A stretch of 64,000 bases of DNA, taken from contig JBCBZT010000036.1 of the NCBI GenBank assembly GCA_039815185.1, positions 23,916 through 87,915 of the forward strand, given 5' to 3'. Below, in pieces: positions 1 through 10,340 of this stretch; position 1 is the first letter of the stretch; each line of letters starts with the position of its first letter. The translations under genes and the position numbers were made by a program. The notes below the pieces were generated by a model. That model was not told the DNA's origin and ran no database searches. It was given only the letters and a program-made list of their open reading frames with translations. The DNA comes from Cyanobacteria bacterium P01_A01_bin.123. GTDB taxonomy: Bacteria; Cyanobacteriota; Cyanobacteriia; Phormidesmidales; Phormidesmidaceae.

Positions 1-834
1 TTTGTCGGGGTCTTAGAACTGACTGAGAAATATACTTACGACAAGAAAAAGGAAGCGATTAACGTCTATCGGACCGACGAAGACAAGCACCCTGGGGTCA
101 AGGTCGTCTACGACCAAGGCAACATCAACTTGGCTGGCCCAATTTGGCTGCTGCTGCGTGATCCCCATCCCCTGTTCCCGAAATATCAGATCGATCCGGC
201 GGCTTCTCGAGAAATGTTTCGCGATCGCGGCTGGAAAACCGTCGTTGGTTTCCAAACGCGTAACCCGATTCACCGGGCCCACGAATATATTCAAAAATGT
301 GCTCTAGAGACCGTTGATGGTCTGTTCTTGCATCCACTTGTTGGTGCAACCAAGAGCGATGACATTCCGGCAGATGTCAGAATGCGCTGCTACGAAATCA
401 TGATGGAGCACTATTTCCCGCAAGATCGGGTGATTCTAGCGATTAACCCCTCAGCAATGCGGTACGCTGGCCCTAGGGAAGCAATTTTCCACGCCCTGAT
501 TCGGAAGAATTATGGCTGTACTCACTTCATCGTGGGTCGTGACCATGCTGGTGTGGGTGACTACTACGGCACCTATGATGCCCAGCACATTTTTGATGAG
601 TTTATGCCCGGCGAACTCGGCATTACACCCATGAAGTTTGAGCACGCTTTTTACTGCAAGCGGACAAGCACCATGGCCACTACTAAAACGAGTCCCAGTA
701 AACCTGAAGAAAGGGTTCACCTGTCAGGGACTAAGGTGAGAGGAATGTTGCGTGAGGGTAAATTGCCCCCACCAGAGTTCTCTCGCCCTGAGGTGGCCGC
801 TGAGTTGGCTCGGGCGATGCAAGTTCCCCAATAG
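1..834 (+). CDS. sat: sulfate adenylyltransferase (ATP sulfurylase), 5' part outside the window
   Basis: Frame open from base 1 ([11 protein letters not shown]...). Motifs [38 protein letters not shown]. Confidence 0.96.
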   Translation, partial: FVGVLELTEKYTYDKKKEAINVYRTDEDKHPGVKVVYDQGNINLAGPIWLLLRDPHPLFPKYQIDPAASREMFRDRGWKTVVGFQTRNPIHRAHEYIQKCALETVDGLFLHPLVGATKSDDIPADVRMRCYEIMMEHYFPQDRVILAINPSAMRYAGPREAIFHALIRKNYGCTHFIVGRDHAGVGDYYGTYDAQHIFDEFMPGELGITPMKFEHAFYCKRTSTMATTKTSPSKPEERVHLSGTKVRGMLREGKLPPPEFSRPEVAAELARAMQVPQ

Positions 835-840
835 GGCCGA

Positions 841-873
841 GCCAGTCAAGCTGCCGAAGGCAGTTTGACTGGC
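841..873. terminator. stem-loop just after sat
   Basis: GCCAGTCAAGCTGCC-GAA-GGCAGTTTGACTGGC, a 15-bp stem with one G:U pair. No clear U-tract, so it may be an mRNA-stabilising hairpin instead. Confidence 0.5.
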
Positions 874-917
874 AAATACTCTATAACCAACACGTCTAAA
901 AGGAAACGTAAACCCCC

Positions 918-3344
918 GTGGGATCGAACCGACGAGTATTTTTACAGCAAGCGGGACTGCTTCTCAGTGCTTTGGGCCTAAGTGAAGCAGGGTTGTTGGG
1001 TTTGGCCGGACGCTATCAGCAGGCATTAGCACAACCGACTCGGCGAAAGCTGGCATTGCTCGTTGGCATTAATCGCTATCCTAGGGGGGTTTGCGATTTG
1101 GTGTCTCCAGCTCAAAACGTGGGCTTAAAGGGGGCGCTTACCGATGTTGAACTCCAGCGAGAGCTTCTGATTACGCGCTTTGGATTTAGCCCCAGCGACA
1201 TTGTGACGCTGGTTGATGGTGCCGCAACGCGACAAGGCATTACTGATACCTTTATCCACCACCTCGGCAATCAGGCCAGTGCCGATGATGTGGTGTTGTT
1301 TCACTTTAGCGGCTATGGCAGTCAGTTCAAGTTAATGGGGGCTGATAGCTCAGTTACCACAAGCCTAGTGCCCGTCGATGGCAAATTGCCTACGGAAGAC
1401 GCCCCCGCCGTCAATGATTTATTAATGGATACGGTGCGCTTGCTGCTGCAGTCTCTCAAGACGAACCAAGTGACGACGCTCTTCGACTGTGGCAGCGCCG
1501 ATTTGGGGCAGTTGAATTGGGGGAGCTTAAAGCTGCGATCGCGGCCCAATGTTCCCACCGGTGATATCAGTCCTGTGGTGACAGACTTGCAAGCTACGCT
1601 AATCAACCGCATCAAGGCCAGTAAAGGAGACATGGTCAAACCCCTCATTGGGGCATCCTCAGGGCCGTTACCAGGAATCGCGCTCCAGGCTGCGACACCC
1701 AATCAAATTGTCGTAGAAGGTGCCTGGAAAGGCTTTAACGCCGGGGTCTTTACCTACACGCTGACCCAGCAGCTTTGGAGTTTGGTACCCCCAGCTACGC
1801 TACGCTTTGCGCTCGGGCGCGCTACGGAAACGGTACAACTGATTAGCGGCTTAGCCCAACAACCTCAAATTCAGGGCCAACGGCAGGGTGAAAATTCGCT
1901 CAACCCTTACAATCTGCCTTTATCGGCTGATACTGCTGCTGACGGCGTGATTACTGAGATTACTGATGATGGCAAGCGCTGCAAACTTTGGTTGGGGGGT
2001 ATTTCAGCGGCTGTTTTGGAGTATTACGGCAACCAATCCTGGCTATCCGTCAGTGCCAGCACCGCAGCAGCCAAGCTGGCAAACACCAAAGCTAATGATC
2101 CGGCTGAAGCCACAACCAACAGCCCAGCAAATCAGGAACCAGAAAGCCAGGGCGATCCACCCCTACCGTTACTCAAGATTCAGTCACGCGACGGGTTGAT
2201 CGCCCAAGCCAGCTTACAGTCTGGCCAACCTATTGCCTTGCAGGTCGGCCAAACTGTCTATGAAACCAGCCGCGTCTTGCCACACAATGTGGATTTAGTC
2301 GTGGCTTTAGACAATAACCTCGAACGCATCGAACGGGTCGATGCCACCAGTGCCCTATCGGGTATTCCCTTTGTTTCATCGATTTTGGCGGGAGAACAAC
2401 CCGCAGACTGTCTCTTCGGCCACATTGTTCAGGAAGAATCAGCCACCTTAACGGCAGTATTGCCGAGCCAAACTCGTACTGATGTGGGTCTGTCTTTGAC
2501 CAAAGCTAGCTCCCAAGACGAAGCCTTAAATCTGGGCTATGGACTATTTTCACCCAGTCGGGAACTGATCCCAGGTACGATGGCCAAAGAAGAAGAAGCG
2601 ATCAAAACTGCGATTAGTCGAATCACACCTCAACTTCAAGTTTTGCTGGCGACTAAGCGATTACGCATGACGAAGAATCAAAGCTCTTCCCAGTTAGCCG
2701 TCCGTGCCAGTTTAGAGTTGACTGATCCCCAAGAGCGATTGGTCATGCAGCAAGAAACGGTGCGATCGCCACAGACTTTACCCAAAAGTCGACTGGCGTC
2801 CTTATTCACCAATGGGGAACGTGCTACTCAGGTTCCTGCGGGTGGGCGCCTCCGCTATCGATTAGCCAATTTTGGCGATCGCCCCTTGTACTACACGCTG
2901 ATTAGCTTTGATGGTCGTGGTCGAGCCTTAGCCCTCTACCCCAACGGCATTGTTGACAACAGCGGGGACGAGGAAATTATCAAAGCTGCCGCCCGAGAGA
3001 ATAAAATTGACCCTGGCGATATTCAAGTCATGCCTCAATCTGGCATCGACTGGATTGCTGATGCTTCCAGCAATTGGGTTGAAACCCATCTGGTTTTTAG
3101 CATTCAACCGCTCTATCAAACCTTCAATGCCCTTTGGCAGGCGATGAAAACCAGCGGTAACGGGGGACGAATTACCCCATTAACTCAGCCTTTAGAGATT
3201 ACCCAAGCGGTTTTGAGTGATTTACAACAGGCTAGCTTGTCTCTCAGTGGAGACAGCGTCCCCCAAGACATTTATCGCTTCGATGTCAAAGCTTGGACGA
3301 ATTTGAGTTTTGTCTACGAAATCATCCAAAATTCGGATCCGTAG
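918..3344 (+). CDS. caspase-family (peptidase C14, orthocaspase) protein with altered catalytic dyad
   Basis: ALLVGINRY, DVELQRELL, FHFSGYGS (Y in place of catalytic H), LFDCGS. Twin-arginine-like N-terminus NRRVFLQ. Confidence 0.85.
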   Translation: MGSNRRVFLQQAGLLLSALGLSEAGLLGLAGRYQQALAQPTRRKLALLVGINRYPRGVCDLVSPAQNVGLKGALTDVELQRELLITRFGFSPSDIVTLVDGAATRQGITDTFIHHLGNQASADDVVLFHFSGYGSQFKLMGADSSVTTSLVPVDGKLPTEDAPAVNDLLMDTVRLLLQSLKTNQVTTLFDCGSADLGQLNWGSLKLRSRPNVPTGDISPVVTDLQATLINRIKASKGDMVKPLIGASSGPLPGIALQAATPNQIVVEGAWKGFNAGVFTYTLTQQLWSLVPPATLRFALGRATETVQLISGLAQQPQIQGQRQGENSLNPYNLPLSADTAADGVITEITDDGKRCKLWLGGISAAVLEYYGNQSWLSVSASTAAAKLANTKANDPAEATTNSPANQEPESQGDPPLPLLKIQSRDGLIAQASLQSGQPIALQVGQTVYETSRVLPHNVDLVVALDNNLERIERVDATSALSGIPFVSSILAGEQPADCLFGHIVQEESATLTAVLPSQTRTDVGLSLTKASSQDEALNLGYGLFSPSRELIPGTMAKEEEAIKTAISRITPQLQVLLATKRLRMTKNQSSSQLAVRASLELTDPQERLVMQQETVRSPQTLPKSRLASLFTNGERATQVPAGGRLRYRLANFGDRPLYYTLISFDGRGRALALYPNGIVDNSGDEEIIKAAARENKIDPGDIQVMPQSGIDWIADASSNWVETHLVFSIQPLYQTFNALWQAMKTSGNGGRITPLTQPLEITQAVLSDLQQASLSLSGDSVPQDIYRFDVKAWTNLSFVYEIIQNSDP

Positions 3345-3527
3345 TTGGCCATGTTTACCCGAGCGTTATTTGAATGCAGGGGGGTGGCAATGGCTTATCG
3401 TTGACGTCTTCATGTCAAATTGGCTTAGATTATCCGGAATGAATGGGGCTTAGCGGTAAAAGGCGTAAGCAACTTTGAAGATGCAGATGGCGGGGATTGA
3501 CAGCGGGAGACGTGAGCTAAATATCAG

Positions 3528-4430
3528 ATGAGAAGACTCAACATTTGCCCCCCAGCCTTGCTACGTGGAATGGGAATGGCCGCAACTGTAATAGCGCTTG
3601 TCGGTTGGGGGAATTGGAGCAGCGCAAAAGCGGCGACTGCTCAACCTGTAGCCTTGAAGCCAGTTAATATTGAGAATGCAGGGCCTGCCCGGGTTGACTT
3701 GCTTGACTCGAGATTCTGTCCTAGCGATTTGGAAGTGGCGATCGCCTCAATTATCAATAACGCTCGATTTGACAGTGCCCGTTGGGGCATCTCAATTGAG
3801 TCGCTTTCTGACCAAACGGCGCTTTATCGGCACAACTCAGACACGTCCCTAATTCCCGCTTCTAATATCAAACTCTTGACAACGGCAGCGGCATTACAAA
3901 TTGTCAGCGATCGCAGCCCCCAGGATCTCTTCAATCTTGAAAGCTGGATCACGGTGGTCAATCGCGATAGCCACAATGCCTACGCCGATGATCTACTACG
4001 CCGAGTGGGCGGGCAACATGCGGTTCAGCAAGCCCTCACCCCCCTGGGCATTGACCCTGATAGTTACGAACAGGTCGATGGTTCGGGGTTGTCCCGCCAG
4101 AATCGAGCAACCCCAACAGCATTCGTAACCCTGTTGAAAAGTATGCACGCCCATAATGAGCGTGATTTGTTTTATCGCTCTTTACCTGTGGCCGGCGTCA
4201 GCGGTACATTGCGAAATCGCTTTCGAGCCACATCTATTCAGGGTAGACTCCACGCCAAGACGGGTACGCTTCGCGGGGTGCGGGCATTGTCAGGTTATTT
4301 GGAAACGCCAAACTACGGCACGGTTGCGCTTAGCATCCTAATTAATCAGTCGGGGCAATCAGGACAGGTGATGCTTGGCGCAATTGACCAGATTGTGCAG
4401 CAAACAGCCCGTGTGGCACCCTGCGATTGA
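3528..4430 (+). CDS. dacB: D-alanyl-D-alanine carboxypeptidase/endopeptidase (PBP4, peptidase S13), short form
   Basis: PASNIKL (SxxK), SHN (SxN), DGSGLSRQN, AKTGTL. N-terminal signal. Confidence 0.88.
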   Translation: MRRLNICPPALLRGMGMAATVIALVGWGNWSSAKAATAQPVALKPVNIENAGPARVDLLDSRFCPSDLEVAIASIINNARFDSARWGISIESLSDQTALYRHNSDTSLIPASNIKLLTTAAALQIVSDRSPQDLFNLESWITVVNRDSHNAYADDLLRRVGGQHAVQQALTPLGIDPDSYEQVDGSGLSRQNRATPTAFVTLLKSMHAHNERDLFYRSLPVAGVSGTLRNRFRATSIQGRLHAKTGTLRGVRALSGYLETPNYGTVALSILINQSGQSGQVMLGAIDQIVQQTARVAPCD

Positions 4431-4472
4431 ACAGAAGAGTATGCATTTCTGCCTAGCCCCAACTATTCCCAA

Positions 4473-4931
4473 CTATTGAGGAGCCACTCGCAAATTAATT
4501 GTGGCGGTCACCTCAGCATGGAGCTTGATGTCAATCCGGTATTCGCCAAGCTGGTTGATGTGGGGTACCGAGATATCGCGGCTGTCGATTTCCTTACCCG
4601 TGTTGGTTTGAATCACTTCAGCCACTTCGCTAGCCGTAACCGTACCAAAGATGGCATCCCCTTCACCCGCCTGCTTTTTGACCGTAAACATGCCGATGGT
4701 GCTCAGGGCAGTTTTCATGGATTCAGCTTCTTGCTTAATGGCGAGCAGACGCTGCCGCTCTGCTTCGCGACGACGCTCCACTTGCTTCAAAATGCCTGGG
4801 GTCGTCCGAACCGCCATGCCTTGGGGAATCAGGTAGTTGCGGGCATAACCGGGGGCAACCTCAACCAAATCACCAGATTTGCCAAGCTTACGGATATCTT
4901 CGTTGAGCACTAACTGGATGCGCTTTGCCAT
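4473..4931 (-). CDS. rplI: 50S ribosomal protein L9
   Basis: [29 protein letters not shown]. Confidence 0.98.
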   Translation of the reverse strand: MAKRIQLVLNEDIRKLGKSGDLVEVAPGYARNYLIPQGMAVRTTPGILKQVERRREAERQRLLAIKQEAESMKTALSTIGMFTVKKQAGEGDAIFGTVTASEVAEVIQTNTGKEIDSRDISVPHINQLGEYRIDIKLHAEVTATINLRVAPQ

Positions 4932-5180
4932 AGTCTTCAGTATTGTTTCTTTAGTCTTCTTTGGGATGAGCGTCGTCTATAAGAGCAAGTTTGAAATAAA
5001 GCCCAGTTGTTTAATCTATCAAATTAGATAGGGACGCGCAATCTTCGAGAAGAGCCAATTTGCCTATCTCTGGGATACAGCACATATGGCATTCGATGTC
5101 GAAAGAGAAGAGCAGGAAGGGCTGATTGTTCGCTTAACCGCTAAGCTAAACTCTAGAAACCTGCTCCAACGCGGATTGAG

Positions 5181-6005
5181 ATGACTCCAACTGGCTATCA
5201 ACCCCAATCCATCGATACCAGCATCGAGGCGGATCAGCTCCTCTTTACGCTGCTGCGGCAGCGGAGCAATGCGGATCGGCTACTGATGGCGATCGCCCAG
5301 CATGAAGGGTTCCGGGCGTTGTTTTTGGCTGGGTTACGCAAACGCTTCAACCAACTGACGCCAAAAATTGTGGCGACAGCTTTCCTCAAAGCAGATTACC
5401 CAGACGCCTTCACCCCATTCGGCAATGAGATGACCTGGATTCAAGATTCCATTGGGCTTGCCCTCCAGTTGCACGAAGTATTTGAGGCATTAGAGATCCC
5501 TTACTACGTGACAGGTGGCGTTGCGGCCATCAACTACGGCGAATATCGTACCACCACAGATGTGGACATCGTCCTGAGCGTATCGGCAGATGATATTCGC
5601 CAACTGGCCACTGATCTAGCGCAAATCGGGTTCTATGTCCCTGGCGTTGAAGATGCTGTATCAGGGCGCATGAGGACGCTTCAAATCACCCATATGGAGA
5701 CAATCGCTAGGGCTGATTTAGTTGTCGCCGGGGATGAAGCGTTCGACATCGCTAAATTTCAGCGACGCCAGGTTACCAAAATTCCTGGTCGGGGTAGCCT
5801 CTATTTTGCTTCACCAGAAGATGTGGTGCTCAACAAGTTGAGGTGGCGGCAACGGGGGCAGTCCGAAAAGCAATGGCGGGATGTCCTTGGTGTCCTCAAG
5901 GTGCAGTCAACTGCTCTCGACATCAACTATCTACAGGAATGGGCTGAAAGATTAGGCCTCAGTACTGATCTGGCAACAGCAATGCAACAAGCAGGATTGA
6001 GCTAA
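5181..6005 (+). CDS. nucleotidyltransferase-family protein with an extra N-terminal domain (toxin-antitoxin-like)
   Basis: TGGVA...RTTTDVDIV (polymerase-beta-type GG...DxD), SPEDVVLNKL, KQWRDV. Confidence 0.7.
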   Translation: MTPTGYQPQSIDTSIEADQLLFTLLRQRSNADRLLMAIAQHEGFRALFLAGLRKRFNQLTPKIVATAFLKADYPDAFTPFGNEMTWIQDSIGLALQLHEVFEALEIPYYVTGGVAAINYGEYRTTTDVDIVLSVSADDIRQLATDLAQIGFYVPGVEDAVSGRMRTLQITHMETIARADLVVAGDEAFDIAKFQRRQVTKIPGRGSLYFASPEDVVLNKLRWRQRGQSEKQWRDVLGVLKVQSTALDINYLQEWAERLGLSTDLATAMQQAGLS

Positions 6006-6079
6006 CCACTCCAGGCCACTATCCCCTCACCAAATTGTGGCTCACCAATTCTTGAGCTTTGGGTAACGGATAATGGCGT

Positions 6080-8461
6080 TTAATTATGACCTGCTCCTTC
6101 CTGCTCTGCCACAATTCGTTTGACCTGCACCACGCTATCGGGGTTGAGGGAGATTGAGTCTATCCCCTGCTCCACTAAAAATGCTGCAAACTCAGGATAA
6201 TCGCTGGGGGCTTGGCCGCAGATGCCGACCTTGCGTCCGGCAGCGTGGGCGGTTTTAATTACGTGGGCGATCGCCAACTTGACGGCCTCATCCTGCTCAT
6301 CAAACAGCTCAGCCAGTTCCCCAGAGTCGCGATCGACCCCCAGCACCAGCTGAGTCAAATCATTGCTGCCAATGGAAAAGCCGTCGAACCGTTCCGCGAA
6401 TTTGTCGGCCAAGAACACGTTGGCGGGGATTTCGCACATGACGTAGACCTGCAAACCGTTTTCGCCCCGCTGAAGGCCGTTGTCGGCCAGGACTTGCAAC
6501 ACCCGGTCGGCTTCGCTCACCTTGCGGCAAAACGGCACCATGATAATCACATTGTCGAAGCCCATTTGTTCTCGCACCCGCTTGATGGCCTGACACTCTA
6601 GGGCAAAGCCAGCCCGATAGCGATCGCTGTAATACCGGGCTGCCCCCCGAAAGCCCAACATCGGGTTCGATTCGGGTGGTTCAAATTCTCGTCCACCAAT
6701 CAGGTCAGCGTATTCATTTGTTTTGAAATCGCTAAGGCGCACGATCACTGGATGGGGATATTGAGAGGCTGCAATTTTGCCAATGCCGCGAGACAGGTTA
6801 TCGACAAAATATTCCCGCTTGTCTTTGTAGCCCTGGGTCATGTTGCGGATAGTTTGCCAAGCGTCGCGATCGCTGAGCTTGTCGTAGTTCACCAGGGCCA
6901 TGGGGTGAATTTTGATCAGGTTGTTGATAATAAACTCCATCCGGGCCAGGCCAATGCCTTTTGCAGGCAGCTGCCACCAGTGGAATGCGGCTGAAGGACT
7001 GGCAATATTCATCATGAGCTGGGTGCGGGTGGGGGGCACACTCGCTAGATCGACATCCACCGATTCAAAGTTGAGTAATCCGGGATAAACAACGCCGCGA
7101 TCGCCTTCGGCACAGGAAATCGTCACCGCCTGATCGTTTTTCAAGATGCGAGTGGCGTCACCCGTGCCCACGATCGCCGGAATTCCCAGCTCTCGACTAA
7201 CGATGGCGGCGTGGCAGGTGCGACCGCCGTAGTCGGTGACGATACCCGCGACTCGCTTCATTACGGGCACCCAGTCGGGATCGGTCATTTCAGTGACCAA
7301 GACGCTCCCATCCGTCACCCGATCAATATCCTTAGGATCCAGGACTCGGCAGACTTTGCCCGCTGCGATCGCATCCCCAATGCTCAACCCCTGCAAAATG
7401 GGGGCTGCTTTATCTCTGAGCTTGTAGGTTTTGAGCGTGCCGCCGGTTTTTTGCGACTGCACGGTTTCCGGACGTGCCTGGACGACAAACAACTCTCCCG
7501 TGTCCCCATCCTTGGCCCACTCCACATCCATCGGGCCACCATAGTGAGCTTCAATCGCAACGGCCCATCGGGCCAGCTGCAAGATTTCATCATCACTCAC
7601 CACAAAAGCTTTCCGTTCTTTTCCGGTAGTATCAACGGTTTTCACAGTGGCCTTGCTGCTCTCGCTGGCATAGACCATTTTTTGGGTCTTGCTGCCCTTG
7701 GTCTTTTCAATAATCGGGCTGTAACCCGCTTTGAGCAGGGGTTTGAACACTGTGAACTGATCGGGCGTTACGCTACCCTGCACCACCGTTTCTCCTAGCC
7801 CCCAAGCCCCGGTTAGCAGTACCGCATCTGGGAAACCCGACTCGGTGTCAATCGAAAACATGACGCCAGCACAGGCTTTATCCGAGCGCACCATTTTTTG
7901 CACCCCGATGGATAAAGCCACTGTCATATGGTCGAACTGCTTTTCTTCCCGGTAGCTGATGGCCCGATTAGTAAACAAAGAGGCATAGCACTTACGGCAG
8001 GCATCTAAGAGCTCCGTTTCGCCGCTAATATTCAAAAAAGTTTCTTGCTGTCCAGCAAAGCTGGCGTCGGGCAGGTCTTCGGCGGTGGCGCTGCTGCGCA
8101 CGGCAGTATCGGCTTCGGTGACGCCATAGCGTTGGCTAAGGTCGCGATAGGCTTGGCGGATGGCGGCTTCAAGTTCTTCGGGAAAGGAGGCCATCAGAAA
8201 CAAGCGGCGGATCGCTTTGCCCGTATCAGCCAAGCGTTGTTTGCCTTGATTGAAGGCATCAAGTTGGCATTGGATGGCGTCGGCAAGTTGGTTGAACTTT
8301 ACAAAAGTGCGATAAGCATCTGAGGTGATAGCGAACCCACCGGGCACTTGAACACCCTGCGATTTGAGGGTGCTAATTAATTCACCCAGGGAAGCATTTT
8401 TACCCCCGACACGCTCGATATCTTGGTTATTAAGCTGTTCTAACCAGAGAATATAGTCCAT
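6080..8461 (-). CDS. ppsA: phosphoenolpyruvate synthase
   Basis: VGGKNASLGE, VRSSATAEDLPDASFAGQQET, GGRTCHAAIVSRE (phospho-His), FSIGSNDLTQ. Confidence 0.97.
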   Translation of the reverse strand: MDYILWLEQLNNQDIERVGGKNASLGELISTLKSQGVQVPGGFAITSDAYRTFVKFNQLADAIQCQLDAFNQGKQRLADTGKAIRRLFLMASFPEELEAAIRQAYRDLSQRYGVTEADTAVRSSATAEDLPDASFAGQQETFLNISGETELLDACRKCYASLFTNRAISYREEKQFDHMTVALSIGVQKMVRSDKACAGVMFSIDTESGFPDAVLLTGAWGLGETVVQGSVTPDQFTVFKPLLKAGYSPIIEKTKGSKTQKMVYASESSKATVKTVDTTGKERKAFVVSDDEILQLARWAVAIEAHYGGPMDVEWAKDGDTGELFVVQARPETVQSQKTGGTLKTYKLRDKAAPILQGLSIGDAIAAGKVCRVLDPKDIDRVTDGSVLVTEMTDPDWVPVMKRVAGIVTDYGGRTCHAAIVSRELGIPAIVGTGDATRILKNDQAVTISCAEGDRGVVYPGLLNFESVDVDLASVPPTRTQLMMNIASPSAAFHWWQLPAKGIGLARMEFIINNLIKIHPMALVNYDKLSDRDAWQTIRNMTQGYKDKREYFVDNLSRGIGKIAASQYPHPVIVRLSDFKTNEYADLIGGREFEPPESNPMLGFRGAARYYSDRYRAGFALECQAIKRVREQMGFDNVIIMVPFCRKVSEADRVLQVLADNGLQRGENGLQVYVMCEIPANVFLADKFAERFDGFSIGSNDLTQLVLGVDRDSGELAELFDEQDEAVKLAIAHVIKTAHAAGRKVGICGQAPSDYPEFAAFLVEQGIDSISLNPDSVVQVKRIVAEQEGAGHN

Positions 8462-8748
8462 TCCGATTCAAGCCTCCACTGCCTTGACCTCAACCCCGGC
8501 AAAACCCGTGACTTATTTACTCGGTGACTTATTGACTAGAAATAAGAGGCCTAAAAATCGCTCATTTCTCGATTATGGCAACCCATGATTGCCATGTTAA
8601 GTCATATGCTCAACCAACATTCGGCCTCAAGCTTCGGTTCAAAATAAGGATGAGGCAATTCATCAAGCGGGGCAGCTTTATTGGGATTTCGATGACCCAA
8701 ATGCTGGCTGGGGTGGGGGGAAATCCAAACGGTAACAACCAAACTGCG

Positions 8749-8820
8749 AAGCCAGTCGTTCAGCACCTAGCTCAAAAAGCCTTGGGTTGCAGCACGGCTG
8801 AGGAGATGTGTCACCGATGA
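8749..8820 (+). pseudogene. possible C-terminal remnant of PTS enzyme I / FruB
   Basis: Encodes ...VQHLAQKALGCSTAEEMCHR*, resembling enzyme I C-termini. Its TGA overlaps the fruK-like ATG (ATGA, 8817-8820). Confidence 0.4.
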
Positions 8821-9761
8821 TCCCAACACGCATTGCGACGGTCACCCTAAATCCTGCCATTGACCAAACCGTGGCGATTGCTAATTTTCAACCCAATGCA
8901 GTTAACCGCATCAGTTGGGAGCAAGCTGATGCGGGCGGCAAGGGGGTAAATGTTGCTGCCTTTTTGGCAGACTACGGGTGTCAAGTCAGCGCTACCGGAT
9001 TTTTAGGCCAGGACAATCCTGACCTGTTTGAAAAGCTGTTTTATCAGAAGCAAATTGACGATCGCTTTATTCGCATCCCTGGCAAAACGCGGGTCAACGT
9101 CAAAATTGTCGATGACGCCCAGGGCCAAGTGACCGACATTAACTTTCCAGGACAAGAAGAACATCCCGGAGATTTGAATAAGCTGGAAAGCGCGATCGCG
9201 TCCTTGGCTCAGTCTCACCAGTGGTTTATCTTCTCAGGTAGTGTCCCGGTGGGACTGCCCACGACGATCTATCACGACCTAATTGAACCCCTTAAGGATC
9301 GAGATATCCCGGTGGTGATTGACACCAGCGGCGCTGCCCTGCGCCACGCCCTGTCGGCCCAACCTTATCTGATTAAGCCCAACCTTGCGGAACTGCGCGA
9401 GTTGATGGATCAACCGTTGGATACCGAAGCCAACATTGTTAAGGCAGCCCGGCAACTGGTCAACTTCGGAATTTGCCATGTGGTGGTGTCAATGGGCGGA
9501 GAGGGAGCCTTATTTATCAACGAGCAAACCATAATCCAGGCCCAACCCCCTCGGATCGAAGTGAAAAGCACCGTCGGTGCGGGGGATGCCTTGGTTGCTG
9601 GGTTGGTTGCAGGCCTCTCCCATGGCAAACCCTGGGCGGACTGTGCTGCTTTGGCCACCGCCTTTGCTATGGCGGCCCTGAGCCAGATTGGAGCTGGTCT
9701 GCCATCCCGCGATGTCGTTGATCAAAATTGCGATCGCGTCACCCTACGATTTTTAGATTGA
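8817..9761 (+). CDS. pfkB: 1-phosphofructokinase family hexose kinase (PfkB/FruK)
   Basis: TVTLNPAID, AGGKGVNVA, IKPNLAEL, STVGAGDA. Alternative GTG start at 8808. Confidence 0.92.
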   Translation: MIPTRIATVTLNPAIDQTVAIANFQPNAVNRISWEQADAGGKGVNVAAFLADYGCQVSATGFLGQDNPDLFEKLFYQKQIDDRFIRIPGKTRVNVKIVDDAQGQVTDINFPGQEEHPGDLNKLESAIASLAQSHQWFIFSGSVPVGLPTTIYHDLIEPLKDRDIPVVIDTSGAALRHALSAQPYLIKPNLAELRELMDQPLDTEANIVKAARQLVNFGICHVVVSMGGEGALFINEQTIIQAQPPRIEVKSTVGAGDALVAGLVAGLSHGKPWADCAALATAFAMAALSQIGAGLPSRDVVDQNCDRVTLRFLD

Positions 9762-9830
9762 AACTTTAGACAGTGCAGCTCAAACGCCTCTCTTTTGGGC
9801 AAGTTATGCAGAAAAAAAGTGGGTAAAGCC

Positions 9831-9850
9831 GACTAAAACAATCGTTAGAG
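9831..9850 (+). other. attI-like or cassette left-junction site
   Basis: GACTAAA-ACAATC-GTTAGAG. The GTTAGAG core nearly complements the ATCTAAC box of the attC at 12548. Confidence 0.45.
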
Positions 9851-9874
9851 TGCATCGAGACACAGTGCTTCGGC

Positions 9875-9900
9875 TGTCCGCTTTCGACCCAAAACGGACA
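9875..9900. repeat. 26-nt palindromic motif, left copy
   Basis: TGTCCG-CTTTCGACCCAAAA-CGGACA. Matches the copy at 12478-12503 at 17/26 positions in direct orientation. Confidence 0.6.
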
Positions 9901-10014
9901 TTGCTGGCATTACATCCAAAGTTGCTCCCTTATTGTCCCACCCGGACTTGAACAAATTAGCTCCCCTCTGGGTGAGTTCACAACGTCGCAGCGCGACATG
10001 CAGTGCACATCAAT

Positions 10015-10180
10015 TTATCTCCAGATAGGCCAGTGCCACATCAGCAAGGCCATCCACCAGATCGTCAACTTGCTGCTGCCGCTTGGCGATATCCCGATGC
10101 TTGCGTTGGGTAGCGTTTGCCGTGGCCGGTCCAGCCAAAATTTGATGCCCTCACGCAGGATGCTGGATATTCCATAGTCG
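10015..10180 (-). pseudogene. frameshifted fragment, possibly a LysR substrate-binding domain
   Basis: SILREGIKFWLDRPRQTLPNASIGI in one frame, then QQVDDLVDGLADVALAYLE in a shifted frame. Confidence 0.3.
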
Positions 10181-10255
10181 CGGGCGCCTCCCGAGCTCGA
10201 CGATGCCTTGGCTTGCTGACTCCGCACAGCTTCCGGACTCGAGCTTTTGAACAAG

Positions 10256-10295
10256 TTGACCGATGATTTGACCATTAGTTTGACCGATGGTCAAA
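10256..10295. promoter_or_regulatory. probable TetR operator
   Basis: TTGACC at 10256, 10268 and 10280 (12-bp period). The last is part of the palindrome TTTGACC-GAT-GGTCAAA (10279-10295), directly upstream of a TetR gene. Confidence 0.65.
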
Positions 10296-10340
10296 TCAGT
10301 GCTAGGTTGTGTTGGAAACATGAGTCAGAGAGGACAAAAC

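Noticed and set aside
8508..8537. Direct repeat GTGACTTATT(T/G)ACT in the ppsA promoter region
   Set aside because: Could be a regulator site, but no cognate factor can be assigned from sequence alone.
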